From contig DATMVH010000250.1 in NCBI GenBank assembly GCA_035563395.1, positions 1 through 41,036 on the forward strand: a DNA stretch of 41,036 bases, written 5' to 3'. Positions 1 to 9,290 of this stretch are shown here, in pieces (position 1 is the stretch's first letter; each line of letters starts with the position of its first letter). The notes below the pieces were generated by a model that did no database searches, was not told where the DNA came from, and saw nothing but the letters and a program-made list of their open reading frames with translations. The DNA is from Solirubrobacteraceae bacterium (GTDB taxonomy: Bacteria; Actinomycetota; Thermoleophilia; Solirubrobacterales; Solirubrobacteraceae). The position numbers and the translations under genes were made by a program.

Positions 1-9
1 GGCCCGCTC

Positions 10-777
10 GTGCGCCGGGAGGTCGCGGGCGGGGTCGCGCGGATCACGCTCGACTCGCCGCACAACCGCAACGCGATGTCGGTCGCGCTCCTCACCCAGC
101 TGCTGGAGGGGCTCGACGCGGCACTCGACGATCCGGCTGCGCGCGTCGTCGTCCTCAGCGGCACGGGCCCCGTCTTCTGCTCGGGGGCCGACCTCAAGGA
201 GCAACGGCGATACCGGGAGCGGGGGGAGCGCTCGCCCGTGGCCGACCTGCTCGTGGCGGCGCTCTCGCGCGTGTCGCAGTCCCGCAAGCCCGTGGTCGCG
301 CGCGTGAACGGCCACGCGCGGGCGGGCGGGCTCGGGCTGGTCGGCGCGGCGGACATCGCGATCGCGCCCGAGGAGGCGTCGTTCGGCTTCGCCGAGGTGC
401 GGCTCGGCGTCGTGCCGGCGGTGATCGCGGTCACGACGGTGCCGCGGATGACCCCGCGCGCGGCGCTCGAGCTCTTCCTCACCGGGGAGACCTTCGACGG
501 CCGCCGCGCCGCCGAGCTGGGCCTGCTCAACCGGGCGGTGCCCGCCGGCCGGCTGGACGCCGAGGTCGAGCGCTACGTCGACATGCTGCGCCGCGGAGGC
601 CCGGAGGCCCTGGGCCACATCAAGCCGATGGTCGCGCGCGTGCGGGCGCTGCCGGCCGAGGAGGCGTTCCGCGAGATGGCGGACCTGTCGACCGCGCGTT
701 TCGCGTCCGAGGAGGCGCAGGAGGGGATGCGGGCGTTCGCCGAGCGCCGCGAGCCGGCGTGGGTGGAGGCCGACTGA
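10..777 (+). CDS. enoyl-CoA hydratase/isomerase (crotonase family)
   Basis: 255-aa ORF with crotonase-like motifs (ITLDSPHNRNAMS, FCSGADLKE, VNGHARAGGLGLV, C-terminal EGMRAFAERREPAW). The GTG start lies 9 nt from the window edge and the frame is open to position 1, so the N-terminus may extend upstream. Confidence 0.85.
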   Translation: MRREVAGGVARITLDSPHNRNAMSVALLTQLLEGLDAALDDPAARVVVLSGTGPVFCSGADLKEQRRYRERGERSPVADLLVAALSRVSQSRKPVVARVNGHARAGGLGLVGAADIAIAPEEASFGFAEVRLGVVPAVIAVTTVPRMTPRAALELFLTGETFDGRRAAELGLLNRAVPAGRLDAEVERYVDMLRRGGPEALGHIKPMVARVRALPAEEAFREMADLSTARFASEEAQEGMRAFAERREPAWVEAD

Positions 778-1069
778 TGGCGCGTCCCGAGCGCGACGCG
801 CCCGCCGCGGCGGGCTGCTCGCGCCCCGCGCTCCGCGAGCTCGACCACGTCGTCGGACTTCGGGCCGGCGCCGGTGAAGTACGAGACCGCGCCGTGTCGC
901 ATGAGGTACGTCCGCCGCCGCGTCACGGCGCCGGTCCGCCGGGCGGCGAGGGCAGGAGCACCGGGCGGTGATGGGGAGCACGACGCGTCCGCCGGGCCGG
1001 GCGACTGCCGCATCGCGCCGGAGCGGTCGTCATGCTCCGCGTCCATGACGTCGCCGACGCTGGTCGCAG

Positions 1070-2254
1070 GTGAGTCGTAACCCCCTGACGCCCGGCGTGC
1101 CCGGAGCCGCCGCGGAGCTCGCGGAGCGGACGCGCGCCTTCGTGCGCGACGTCTGCATCCCGGCGGAGGAGCGCTTCTCCGGCCACGACCTCGATCCGGC
1201 GCTGCGCGACGAGCTCCAGGCCGCCGCGCGGGACGCCGGCGTCTTCGCGCCCCAGCTGCCGCGCGAGCTGGGAGGGCACGGGCTGGACATCCGCGGCTGG
1301 AGCGCCGTCTTCGAGGAGGCGGGCTACTCGCTGCTCGGCCCGCAGGCCCTCAACTGCGCGGCGCCCGACGAGGGCAACATGCACATGCTCGAGCTGATCG
1401 CGACCCCGGAGCAGAAGGAGCGCTACCTCGAGCCGCTCGCGCGCGGCGAGACCCGCTCGTGCTTCGCCATGTCGGAGCCCCATCCCGGTGCGGGCTCGGA
1501 TCCCGACGCGCTCGCCACGACCGCGCGCCCGCACGACGGCGGCTGGGTCATCGACGGCGAGAAGCGGTTCATCTCCGGCGCGGAGGGCGCCGCGTTCGCG
1601 ATCTGCATGGCGCGCGCGCCGGCGGGGCCGACGATGTTCCTCGTCGACGCGGACAACCCGGGCTACACGGTCGGCCGGCGCATGCACGCGACGGACACGG
1701 TGGTCGCGGGCGGCCACTCCGAGGTGTCGTTCCGCGAGTGCTTCGTCCGGGCGGACGCGGTGCTCGGCGAGGTCGGCGCGGGCTTCCGCCACGCGCAGGT
1801 CCGGCTCGCGCCGGCACGGCTCACGCACTGCATGCGCTGGCTCGGGCTGGCGCGCCGCGCGCTCGACATCGCGCTCGACCGCGCGGCCGAGCGCGAGCTG
1901 TTCGGCGCCCGCCTCGAGGACCTCGGGCTGGCGCAGGGGCTGATCGCCGATTCGGTGATCGACATCGAGGCGAGCCGGGCGCTGATCGTGCGCGCCGCGG
2001 AGGAGCTCGATGCCGGGCGGCCGGCGCGGCACGAGACCTCGATCGCCAAGGTCTTCGTGGCCGAGGCCGTGTTCCGCGTCGTCGACCGCGCGATGCAGCT
2101 GACGGGCGGCGACGGCGTGACGCACGACCTCCCGCTCGCACGCTTCCTCAACGAGGTCCGGCCGTTCCGCATCTACGACGGCGCCTCGGAGGCGCATCGC
2201 TGGGCGATCGCCAGGCGCGCGTCGCGCCGGCGGGCGGCGGGGCGCGGCGCCTGA
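1070..2254 (+). CDS. acyl-CoA dehydrogenase
   Basis: 394-aa ORF. ACAD-like motifs CFAMSEPHPGAGSDP and GEKRFISGA, plus C-terminal RIYDGASEAHRWAIAR. High third-position GC in this frame. Confidence 0.9.
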   Translation: MSRNPLTPGVPGAAAELAERTRAFVRDVCIPAEERFSGHDLDPALRDELQAAARDAGVFAPQLPRELGGHGLDIRGWSAVFEEAGYSLLGPQALNCAAPDEGNMHMLELIATPEQKERYLEPLARGETRSCFAMSEPHPGAGSDPDALATTARPHDGGWVIDGEKRFISGAEGAAFAICMARAPAGPTMFLVDADNPGYTVGRRMHATDTVVAGGHSEVSFRECFVRADAVLGEVGAGFRHAQVRLAPARLTHCMRWLGLARRALDIALDRAAERELFGARLEDLGLAQGLIADSVIDIEASRALIVRAAEELDAGRPARHETSIAKVFVAEAVFRVVDRAMQLTGGDGVTHDLPLARFLNEVRPFRIYDGASEAHRWAIARRASRRRAAGRGA

Positions 2255-2355
2255 CCGCCGGGCTCGCTCGAAGAATCCGAGCGTTTACTCGTCACCGCTG
2301 GTGGAAAGCCAAAGCGGTGCAGCTGGCACGTGTGGCAGCCCCTAGGGAGGACCTC

Positions 2356-2763
2356 ATGAGCAGTCCGACGGCACGAGCCGATCAGGCGTCGGCGTCCGCG
2401 ACCGGCAGTCCTGGGACGGCCTTCGACTGGCGCGGGATAGAGAGCTCGCCCGAGTTCCGCGAACTCGTCGCCAGCAAGCGCCGGTTCATCGTGCCGGCCG
2501 CTGTCGCGGTCTTCGCGATCTTCCTGGGCTATCTGCTCCTCGCGACGTTCGCCGAGGGCTTCATGGGCTCGGAGATCGTCGACGGGCTTCCGGTCGCGTG
2601 GGCGCTCGCCGTCAGCCAGGTCGTCATGACGTGGGTCGTCACGTGGCTGTACCTGCGCAAGGCGGATCGCGAGTGGGAGCCGCTGGAGCGCCGCGCCGCC
2701 GAGCGCGCGGCCGCCACCGTGGAGGCGGCCCAGTCCCCGTCCGGCGACCGCTTCGTCCGGTAG
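2356..2763 (+). CDS. DUF485 (YjcH-like) small membrane protein
   Basis: In-frame ATG at 2356 preceded by GGGAGG. About 135 aa with two hydrophobic helices (FIVPAAVAVFAIFLGYLLLATF, LAVSQVVMTWVVTWLYL). It lies 13 nt upstream of an ActP-type symporter, the usual DUF485 context. Confidence 0.8.
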   Translation: MSSPTARADQASASATGSPGTAFDWRGIESSPEFRELVASKRRFIVPAAVAVFAIFLGYLLLATFAEGFMGSEIVDGLPVAWALAVSQVVMTWVVTWLYLRKADREWEPLERRAAERAAATVEAAQSPSGDRFVR

Positions 2764-2776
2764 GAGGGTCGGGTCG

Positions 2777-4366
2777 ATGACCATCTTCGCCGCAGAGCTG
2801 CAGGCGCTGCCGCTCGCCGTCTTCGGCATCGTCCTCGCGGTCACGCTCGGGGTCACCTTCTGGGCGAGCAAGCGGACCTCGACCGCCACCGAGTTCTTCG
2901 CCGCCGGCCGTGGGATCTCCGGCTTCCAGAACGGCTGGGCGATCGCCGGCGACTACATGTCGGCCTCGACGTTCCTCGGCTTCGCCGGCCTCATCTTCAT
3001 GTTCGGCGTCGACGCGTTCGTCGGCCTCGCCGCCGCCATCGTGTCCTTCGTCGTCGTCCTGCTCTTCCTCGCCGAGCGGATGCGCAACGCCGGCAAGTAC
3101 ACGCTCGCCGACGTCCTGTCCTTCCGGCTCCGCGAGCGCCCCGCGCGCATGGTCGCGGCGCTCGGGACGCTCGCGGTCGCGAGCGTCTACCTCGTCGCGC
3201 AGATGGTCGGCGGCGGCGTGCTGATCCAGGCGCTCACCGGCGTCTCGTTCACTCCGGCGGTGATCGTGGTCGGGGCCTTCATGCTCGCCTACGTGATCTT
3301 CGGCGGCATGCTCGCGACCACGTGGGTGCAGATCATCAAGGCCGGCCTCCTCATGTCGGCGGGCGTGGTCCTCACCGTGTTCGTCCTGGCGAAGTTCGGC
3401 TTCAACCCGTTCGAGCTCGTCAACCGCGCGGCGGAGCAGCATCCGGAGAAGCACGCCTACCTGGAGCCCGGGCTGCTGTACCCGACCAACCTCGACCTGC
3501 TCTCGTTCGGCCTGGCGTTCCTGCTCGGCACCGCGGGGCTGCCGCACATCCTCATCCGCTTCTTCACGGTGCCGGACGCCAAGGCGGCGCGCGGCTCGGT
3601 CGGCTGGGCCGTGTTCCTCATCGGCTCGTTCTTCGCCATGATCATGCTCGTCGGCATGGGCGCCCGGGCCATCCTCGGCACGGGCGGCGAGGCGGCGGCG
3701 GGGTCCTCGGGCAATCTGGCGATCCCCGTGCTGGCGGAGGAGCTCGGCGGCGGCGACGGCTCGACGGGCGGCGAGCTCTTCCTCGCCATCGTCTCGGCGG
3801 TCGCGCTGGCGACGATCCTCGCCGTCGTGGCGGGGCTCGTGATCTCCGCCTCCGGCGCGATGGCGCACGACCTGTGGTCAAACGTGATCCGCAAGGGGCG
3901 CGACTCCGAGCACGAGGAGGTCTGGGTGGCGCGGATCGCGGCGCTCGCCATCGGCATCCTGTCCATCGTCATCGCGATCCTCGGCGGCGCCGGCTTCAAC
4001 GTGTCCGTGCTCGTCGGGCTGGCGTTCTGCGTCGCGGCGAGCGCCAACCTCCCCGCCCTGCTCTTCGCCCTCTTCTGGCCGCGGTTCAACACCACGGGGG
4101 CGATCGTCGGCGTGCTGGGCGGGCTGATCGCGTCGATCGGCCTGATCATCCTGAGCCCGGCGGTCTGGCCCGGGCCGGACAGCGAAGGATCGCCGCTGGG
4201 CAGCCTCGGGCTCGCGAACCCGGCGATCTTCTCGATCCCCATCGGCTTCGCCTGCTGCTGGCTCGGCACCGTCCTGAGCAGCGAGCGCGGGGCGGAGCGC
4301 GAGTACCACGAGCTGCGCGTGCGGGCCGAGACCGGGCTGGGCGCGGAAGCCGCGTCCGTCCACTAG
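2777..4366 (+). CDS. actP: cation/acetate (monocarboxylate) symporter, sodium:solute symporter family
   Basis: 529-aa polytopic membrane ORF with SSS-family character. It is paired with an upstream DUF485 gene, as in yjcH-actP. Confidence 0.85.
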   Translation: MTIFAAELQALPLAVFGIVLAVTLGVTFWASKRTSTATEFFAAGRGISGFQNGWAIAGDYMSASTFLGFAGLIFMFGVDAFVGLAAAIVSFVVVLLFLAERMRNAGKYTLADVLSFRLRERPARMVAALGTLAVASVYLVAQMVGGGVLIQALTGVSFTPAVIVVGAFMLAYVIFGGMLATTWVQIIKAGLLMSAGVVLTVFVLAKFGFNPFELVNRAAEQHPEKHAYLEPGLLYPTNLDLLSFGLAFLLGTAGLPHILIRFFTVPDAKAARGSVGWAVFLIGSFFAMIMLVGMGARAILGTGGEAAAGSSGNLAIPVLAEELGGGDGSTGGELFLAIVSAVALATILAVVAGLVISASGAMAHDLWSNVIRKGRDSEHEEVWVARIAALAIGILSIVIAILGGAGFNVSVLVGLAFCVAASANLPALLFALFWPRFNTTGAIVGVLGGLIASIGLIILSPAVWPGPDSEGSPLGSLGLANPAIFSIPIGFACCWLGTVLSSERGAEREYHELRVRAETGLGAEAASVH

Positions 4367-4379
4367 GAGGAAGGAAGAC

Positions 4380-5957
4380 ATGACGGAGAGTCCCTTCCGG
4401 CTCGAGCTGAGCCCGCTGAACTTCCTGCGCCGCGCCGCGGACGCGCTCGGGGAGCGCACGGCGGTCGTGCACGGCGAGCGCCGCTACACGTACACGGGGC
4501 TGGACGAGCGCTGCAACCGCCTCGCATCCGCGCTGCGGGCGCGAGGCCTCCGGAAGCACGACCGGGTGGCGGTGCTGTGCCCCAACACCCCCGCGCTGCT
4601 CGAGGCGCACTACGGCGTGCCGCTCGCCGGCGGCGTCCTCGTCGCGATGAACACGCGCCTCAACAGCGACGAGATCGGCTACATCCTGAAGGACTCCGGC
4701 GCCCGGCTGCTGCTGGTCGACGCCGAGCTCGAGCGGCTCGTCGCCGACGCGGACACCGGGGACGTGGAGACGGTGGTCGTCCAGGACACGGGCGAGCCGG
4801 ACGATCCCTACGAGGAGCTGCTCGCCGGCGGCTCGCCGGAGCCGCCCGACAGCTGGCTCGAGGACGAGAACGAGCCGATCTCGATCAACTACACGTCGGG
4901 CACGACCGGGCGCTCGAAGGGCGCGGTGTACTCGCACCGCGGCGCCTACCTCCGCGCGCACGGCGTGGCGCTGGAGACGCGGCTCGGCTACGACTCCGTG
5001 CACCTCTGGACGCTGCCGATGTTCCACTGCAACGGCTGGTGTCTCACGTGGGGCGTCACCGCGGTGGCCGGGACGCACGTCTGCCTCCGGAAGGTCGATC
5101 CCGGGCGGATCTGGACGCTCTTCGAGGAGGAGGGCGTCACCCACTACAGCGGCGCGCCGACGATCCACATCAGCATCGCCAACCACGCGAGCGCGCACCG
5201 GCTCGAGCAGCACGTGACGGTGCCGACCGGCGGCTCCCCGCCGACGCCGACGATCCTCTCGCAGATGCGCGACCTGAACCTGCACCCGATCCACCTCTAC
5301 GGCCTCACGGAGACCTACGGGCCGGTCATGGGGTGCAGCTGGCAGCCGCAGTGGGACGAGCTGCCGCTGGAGGAGCAGGCGCGCGTGCTCTCGCGCCAGG
5401 GTCACACCTACAACGGCGCCGACCTCGTGCGGGTCGTCGACGAGGACATGAACGACGTCCCCCGCGACGGCGAGACGGTCGGCGAGGTCGTGATGCGCGG
5501 CAACAGCGTCATGCTGCGCTACCACAACAAGGAGGAGGAGACGGACGAGGCGTTCCGCGGCGGCTGGTTCCACTCCGGCGACCTCGCGGTGTGGCACCCC
5601 GACGGGTACGTCGACCTGCGCGACCGGGCGAAGGACATCATCATCTCCGGCGGCGAGAACATCTCCAGCATCGAGGTCGAGCAGACCCTCGCGCGCCATC
5701 CGGCGGTCCTCGAGGCGGCCGTCGTGGCCATGCCGGACGAGAAGTGGGGCGAGCGGCCGAAGGCGTTCGTCGAGCTCAAGGGCGGCGCGGACGTCAGCGA
5801 GGAGGACATCATCGGGTTCTGCCGCGAGCACCTGGCGCGTTACAAGGCCCCGGCGCGCGTCGAGTTCGGCGAGCTCCCGCGCACGTCCACCGGCAAGGTC
5901 CAGAAGTTCGTCCTGCGCGAGCGCGAGTGGGCCGGGCGCGAGAAGGCGATCGGCTGA
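4380..5957 (+). CDS. AMP-dependent acyl-CoA synthetase/ligase
   Basis: 525 aa. AMP-binding motifs YTSGTTGRSKG, YGLTETYG, GWFHSGDLA and PRTSTGKVQKF. RBS GGAGGAAGG lies upstream. Confidence 0.9.
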   Translation: MTESPFRLELSPLNFLRRAADALGERTAVVHGERRYTYTGLDERCNRLASALRARGLRKHDRVAVLCPNTPALLEAHYGVPLAGGVLVAMNTRLNSDEIGYILKDSGARLLLVDAELERLVADADTGDVETVVVQDTGEPDDPYEELLAGGSPEPPDSWLEDENEPISINYTSGTTGRSKGAVYSHRGAYLRAHGVALETRLGYDSVHLWTLPMFHCNGWCLTWGVTAVAGTHVCLRKVDPGRIWTLFEEEGVTHYSGAPTIHISIANHASAHRLEQHVTVPTGGSPPTPTILSQMRDLNLHPIHLYGLTETYGPVMGCSWQPQWDELPLEEQARVLSRQGHTYNGADLVRVVDEDMNDVPRDGETVGEVVMRGNSVMLRYHNKEEETDEAFRGGWFHSGDLAVWHPDGYVDLRDRAKDIIISGGENISSIEVEQTLARHPAVLEAAVVAMPDEKWGERPKAFVELKGGADVSEEDIIGFCREHLARYKAPARVEFGELPRTSTGKVQKFVLREREWAGREKAIG

Positions 5958-6745
5958 TGGGCGCGATGGCGGACACGCGGCTCGACCCGGTCGCGGCCTT
6001 CCGGCTCGACGACAAGGTCGCCATCGTCACGGGGGCGAGCGCCGGCCTGGGCGCGCGGTTCGCCCGCGTGCTCGACGGCGCCGGCGCCAAGGTCGTGCTC
6101 GTGGCGCGCCGGCTCGAGCGCCTGGAGCGGCTCGCGTCCGAGCTGGGCGACGCGCTGCCCGTCCGCTGCGACCTGTCGCGGCCGGACGAGGTCGAGCACG
6201 TCGTGGCGGGCGCGCTCGAGCGCTACGGCCGCGTCGACGTGCTGGTCAACAACGCCGGCGTGGTGGACATGGAGCCGGCGCTCGACGAGCCGATCGAGCG
6301 CTTCCGCGAGGTCCTCGACGTGAACCTCGTGTCGCCGTTCGCGCTGTGCCGGCACGCGGCCCGCGCGATGCTCGACGGCGGAGGCGGCGGGTCGATCGTC
6401 AACATCGCGTCGATCCTCGGGCTCGTCGGCGTGGGGCAGATCCCGCAGGCCGGCTACGCCGCCTCCAAGGGCGGGATCGTGAACCTCACGCGCGAGCTCT
6501 CCGCGCAGTGGTCGCGCAAGGGCGTGCGCGTGAACGCGATCGCGCCCGGCTGGTTCGAGTCGGAGATGACCGAGGACATGTTCTCGGAGGAGAGCGGTCA
6601 CAAGTGGGTCGCCCGGCGCGCGCCGATGGGCAGGCACGGGCGCGAGGGGGAGCTCGACGGGGCGCTGCTCTTCCTCGCGAGCGACGCCAGCACGTACGTC
6701 ACGGGACAGATCCTCGCCGTCGACGGCGGCTGGACCTCGGTCTGA
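5957..6745 (+). CDS. short-chain dehydrogenase/reductase (possible acyl/acetoacetyl-CoA reductase role)
   Basis: The ATG at 5957 shares one nt with the upstream TGA (TGATG). Contains TGASAGLG Rossmann motif, NNAG and catalytic YAASK. The PhaB-like role is only a guess from context. Confidence 0.85.
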   Translation: MGAMADTRLDPVAAFRLDDKVAIVTGASAGLGARFARVLDGAGAKVVLVARRLERLERLASELGDALPVRCDLSRPDEVEHVVAGALERYGRVDVLVNNAGVVDMEPALDEPIERFREVLDVNLVSPFALCRHAARAMLDGGGGGSIVNIASILGLVGVGQIPQAGYAASKGGIVNLTRELSAQWSRKGVRVNAIAPGWFESEMTEDMFSEESGHKWVARRAPMGRHGREGELDGALLFLASDASTYVTGQILAVDGGWTSV

Positions 6746-6746
6746 C

Positions 6747-7079
6747 ATGGGACTCGCGAGCGTTCCGTTCTCCCTGCTGAGCGCGGCCGCCGCGCCGCGC
6801 TCCGGGCCGCCCCTGTGGCGGCAGCTCTTCGACGCGGTCGAGCGCCCGCTCGCCACCGCGTCCGAGGCGTGGGTCCAGACCGAGACCTTCATGGACGCGC
6901 TGGCGGTGACCTACCGGGCGCAGCGGCGCGTCACCTCGGAGCTCGCGCGCGCCGTCCAGGGCTCCGCGCGCCTGTGGGGGATGCCGACGCGCGACGACGT
7001 CACCGCGCTCGTCAACCAGGTCGCCGGCCTCGAGCGCAAGGTGCGCGAGCTCGAGCTCCAGCTCGAACGGGAGCGGTGA
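6747..7079 (+). CDS. small PhaE/PhaR-like PHA synthase partner (coiled-coil)
   Basis: 110 aa. It starts 1 nt after the SDR stop, and its stop overlaps the phaC ATG (TGATG). The C-terminal MPTRDDVTALVNQVAGLERKVRELELQLE resembles the conserved PhaE/PhaR helix. Confidence 0.55.
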   Translation: MGLASVPFSLLSAAAAPRSGPPLWRQLFDAVERPLATASEAWVQTETFMDALAVTYRAQRRVTSELARAVQGSARLWGMPTRDDVTALVNQVAGLERKVRELELQLERER

Positions 7080-8197
7080 TGGCGCCGAACCTGCTCGAGC
7101 GCCAGGTGCTGCGCGCCCGCAACGGGCTGGCGTACCTGGCGGGCGCGAAGGAGCCGGACGTCGCGCAGACCCCGCGCGTGCTCGTGTGGAAGCGCGACAA
7201 GGCGCGCCTGTGGCGCTACCGCAGCGAGGAGCGCCGCCACCGCCCGCCGGTCCTCATCGTCCACAGCCTCGTCAGCAAGAGCTACATCCTCGACCTGCTG
7301 CCCGGCAACAGCATGATCGCCTTCCTGCTCCGCGAGGGCTTCGACGTCTTCCTCCTCGACTGGGTCCCCGCGGACCCGGCCGACGCCGAGAACACGCTCG
7401 AGACCTACGTCGAGCACTACATCCCGAAGGCGATCGCCGCGACGCTCGACGAAGCCGACGCGGACGGCGTGACGCTCATCGGCTACTGCTTCGCCGGCGT
7501 CCTGACGCTGCTCCTGACGGCGGGGCAGCGCGACGTGCCGGTCCGGAACCTCGTCACGCTCACGACGCCGTGCGACTACGCGCAGATGGGCTTCATGAGC
7601 AAGATGTTCCTGCCCGGGCGCCTGAACCCCGACGACGTGATCGACGAGACCGGCCTCGTGCCGGCCACGGTGATGGACGAGGGCTTCCAGTCGCTCAAGC
7701 CGACGGATCAGATCGTCCAGCAGGTCAACCTGTTCCAGAACCTCTGGAACGACCAGTGGCTCGAGGGCTACCTCGCCATGAACCGCTGGGCACGCGACCA
7801 GGTCGCGTTCCCCGGCGCCGCGTTCCGCCAGACCGTCGACGTCCTGATCCGGCGCAACGCGCTCGCCGCCGGCGTCGTCCCGTTCGGGCGGGGCGAGGTG
7901 CGCCTGGCGGACATCGCCTGCCCGTACCTGAACGTGTTCTGCAAGCACGACACGATCGTGCCGGCACCGTCCTCGGTACCGCTGACCGCGCTCGTGGGGT
8001 CGAGCGACGCGACGGAGCTGCGCCTTGACTCCGGCCACGTGGGCCTGGTGGCCGGGCGGCAGGCGGCGAGGGTGGCGCAGCCCCAGATCGCCGGCTGGAT
8101 CCGCGGCCACAGCGACGGCAGCGCGACGGGTGCCGGGACGCCGGCGGCCGCCCGCCCGCGGTCGCGCTCGAACGGCAGGGCGGCGACGAGCCGCTGA
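7079..8197 (+). CDS. phaC: class III-type poly(3-hydroxyalkanoate) synthase PhaC
   Basis: 372 aa alpha/beta-hydrolase fold. Lipase-box-like GYCFAG carries the catalytic Cys, followed downstream by Asp (CKHDTIVP) and His (DSGHVGL). The size fits class III/IV PhaC. Confidence 0.85.
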   Translation: MAPNLLERQVLRARNGLAYLAGAKEPDVAQTPRVLVWKRDKARLWRYRSEERRHRPPVLIVHSLVSKSYILDLLPGNSMIAFLLREGFDVFLLDWVPADPADAENTLETYVEHYIPKAIAATLDEADADGVTLIGYCFAGVLTLLLTAGQRDVPVRNLVTLTTPCDYAQMGFMSKMFLPGRLNPDDVIDETGLVPATVMDEGFQSLKPTDQIVQQVNLFQNLWNDQWLEGYLAMNRWARDQVAFPGAAFRQTVDVLIRRNALAAGVVPFGRGEVRLADIACPYLNVFCKHDTIVPAPSSVPLTALVGSSDATELRLDSGHVGLVAGRQAARVAQPQIAGWIRGHSDGSATGAGTPAAARPRSRSNGRAATSR

Positions 8198-8266
8198 ACC
8201 TGGCCGCTGCCGCTCCTCGAACGGGGCTACGACGCGAGCCGGAAGCTCGATCACGTCGCACGGGCG

Positions 8267-8761
8267 GTGCGCGAGGCGCGCCGAGCCGAGGGCATATCGC
8301 AGAGCGAGCTCGCGCGGCGGGCGCGGATCTCCGCGAGCGTCGTCAGCCGTCTCGAGTCCGAGAAGGTGCTCTTCCCGGGACCGCACACGCTCGAGAAGAT
8401 CGCCATCGCGCTCGGGCGCTCGGGGACCGTCCTCGTCAACCTCTCCTCGGGCGCCGACGCCTGCATCAGCGAGCTCGGGCATCTCGACCTGCCGGTGCTG
8501 AAGGAAGCCGCGATCGAGAAGGAGCTGTTCGACACCGGTCGCGCGGACGAAGCGTGGGACCCCACCGATCCCGATGAGCCGGAGCCCGAGCTCTGGGAGC
8601 TCCCGGTCCTCGACTACTTCGTCACCACGAAGGCCACTGACGCGCTCGTGCCCGACGACGTCGATCCGGAGATCCGGACGGCCGTCGCCGAGTTCCTCGA
8701 CACGTGGCGGTCCATCACCGACGAGCGGCGGGAGATGCTGCTGCAGTACATGCGGGATTAG
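8267..8761 (+). CDS. XRE-family helix-turn-helix protein with acidic C-terminal domain
   Basis: N-terminal GISQSELARRARISASVVSRLESEK is a classic HTH_3 motif. The C-terminal ~100 aa are acidic and match no family I recognise. The frame is open back to 8198 but has no ATG/GTG/TTG before 8267. Confidence 0.75.
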   Translation: MREARRAEGISQSELARRARISASVVSRLESEKVLFPGPHTLEKIAIALGRSGTVLVNLSSGADACISELGHLDLPVLKEAAIEKELFDTGRADEAWDPTDPDEPEPELWELPVLDYFVTTKATDALVPDDVDPEIRTAVAEFLDTWRSITDERREMLLQYMRD

Positions 8762-8835
8762 AAGGTGGTGGGCTCTCGGTGGAGCTCGCCGGCGGACGCA
8801 GACGCGCGCCACGACTCGACGGAAGCAGGCGCGTG

Positions 8836-9290
8836 ATGGTCGCTGCGGGGGTCCTCGAGGCCCGTCTCGCAGGGACCGCCGGCACCGTGCGGGTGATGCT
8901 GACCCCGCACGCCCGCGAGCGCTACATCGAACGGCTCCATCCAGGCGCCGATGCGGCGACGGTCACCGACGAGATCGCCCGCCTGTTCGGCATGGGCGTC
9001 GTCGAGCCGCGGCCGGCGTCATGGGACACGACCGTGCGCCCGGCGCTGCTGTACCTGACCGTCGGCGACGTGTCGTTCGTGCTCGATGTCGACCGCCACC
9101 GGCGCGACGAGCTTGTCGTCGTGACGTGCGTGGTGCGCTCGATGCGGTCCCGAGGTCGGGGTTCGCGCACGGTGCGGCGCCGCCCGCAGGACGTGCGACG
9201 GCCGGCCTACCGGCGGCCGAGCCCGGATCGCTCGCGCTCGACCTCTCCATGGACCGATCGATCCTGGACGAACAGCGGTGGGCGGCGTGA
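8836..9290 (+). CDS. small toxin-like protein (weak DUF4258-like pattern), reading frame interrupted
   Basis: ATG 8836 follows GGAAGCAGG. Frame 1 has about 90 percent GC3 through ~9130 (LTPHARERYIERL ... LLYLTVGDVSFVLDV ... ELVVVTCVV) but has no stop until 9630. A different frame ends at TGA 9288-9290, which overlaps the next gene's GTG. A -1 shift between ~9130 and ~9240 is needed. Alternative starts are GTG 8887 and ATG 8896. Confidence 0.4.

Noticed and set aside
780-926. A minus-strand stretch reading VTRRRTYLMRHGAVSYFTGAGPKSDDVVELAERGARAA, resembling the RHG N-terminus of a histidine phosphatase. It lies in the 292-nt gap between the hydratase and ACAD genes.
   Set aside because: Only ~40-49 aa are available before it runs into the hydratase gene. 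The RHG-like match is short and could be chance in GC-rich sequence. At best it is an unprovable gene fragment, and a blastx would settle it.
2324-2338. TGGCACGTGTGGCAG upstream of the DUF485 gene, superficially like a sigma-54 -24 TGGCAC element.
   Set aside because: The -12 TTGC element is absent at the required spacing. The second element is another TGGCA, so this is a short direct repeat. High-GC Gram-positive lineages generally lack sigma-54.
8195-8269. The phaC stop codon TGA (8195-8197) is in the same frame as the downstream HTH ORF, with no stop in between, suggesting a possible read-through fusion.
   Set aside because: There is no known recoding signal. The 23 intervening codons look non-coding (mixed third positions), and the HTH domain is complete on its own. 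This is most likely coincidence.
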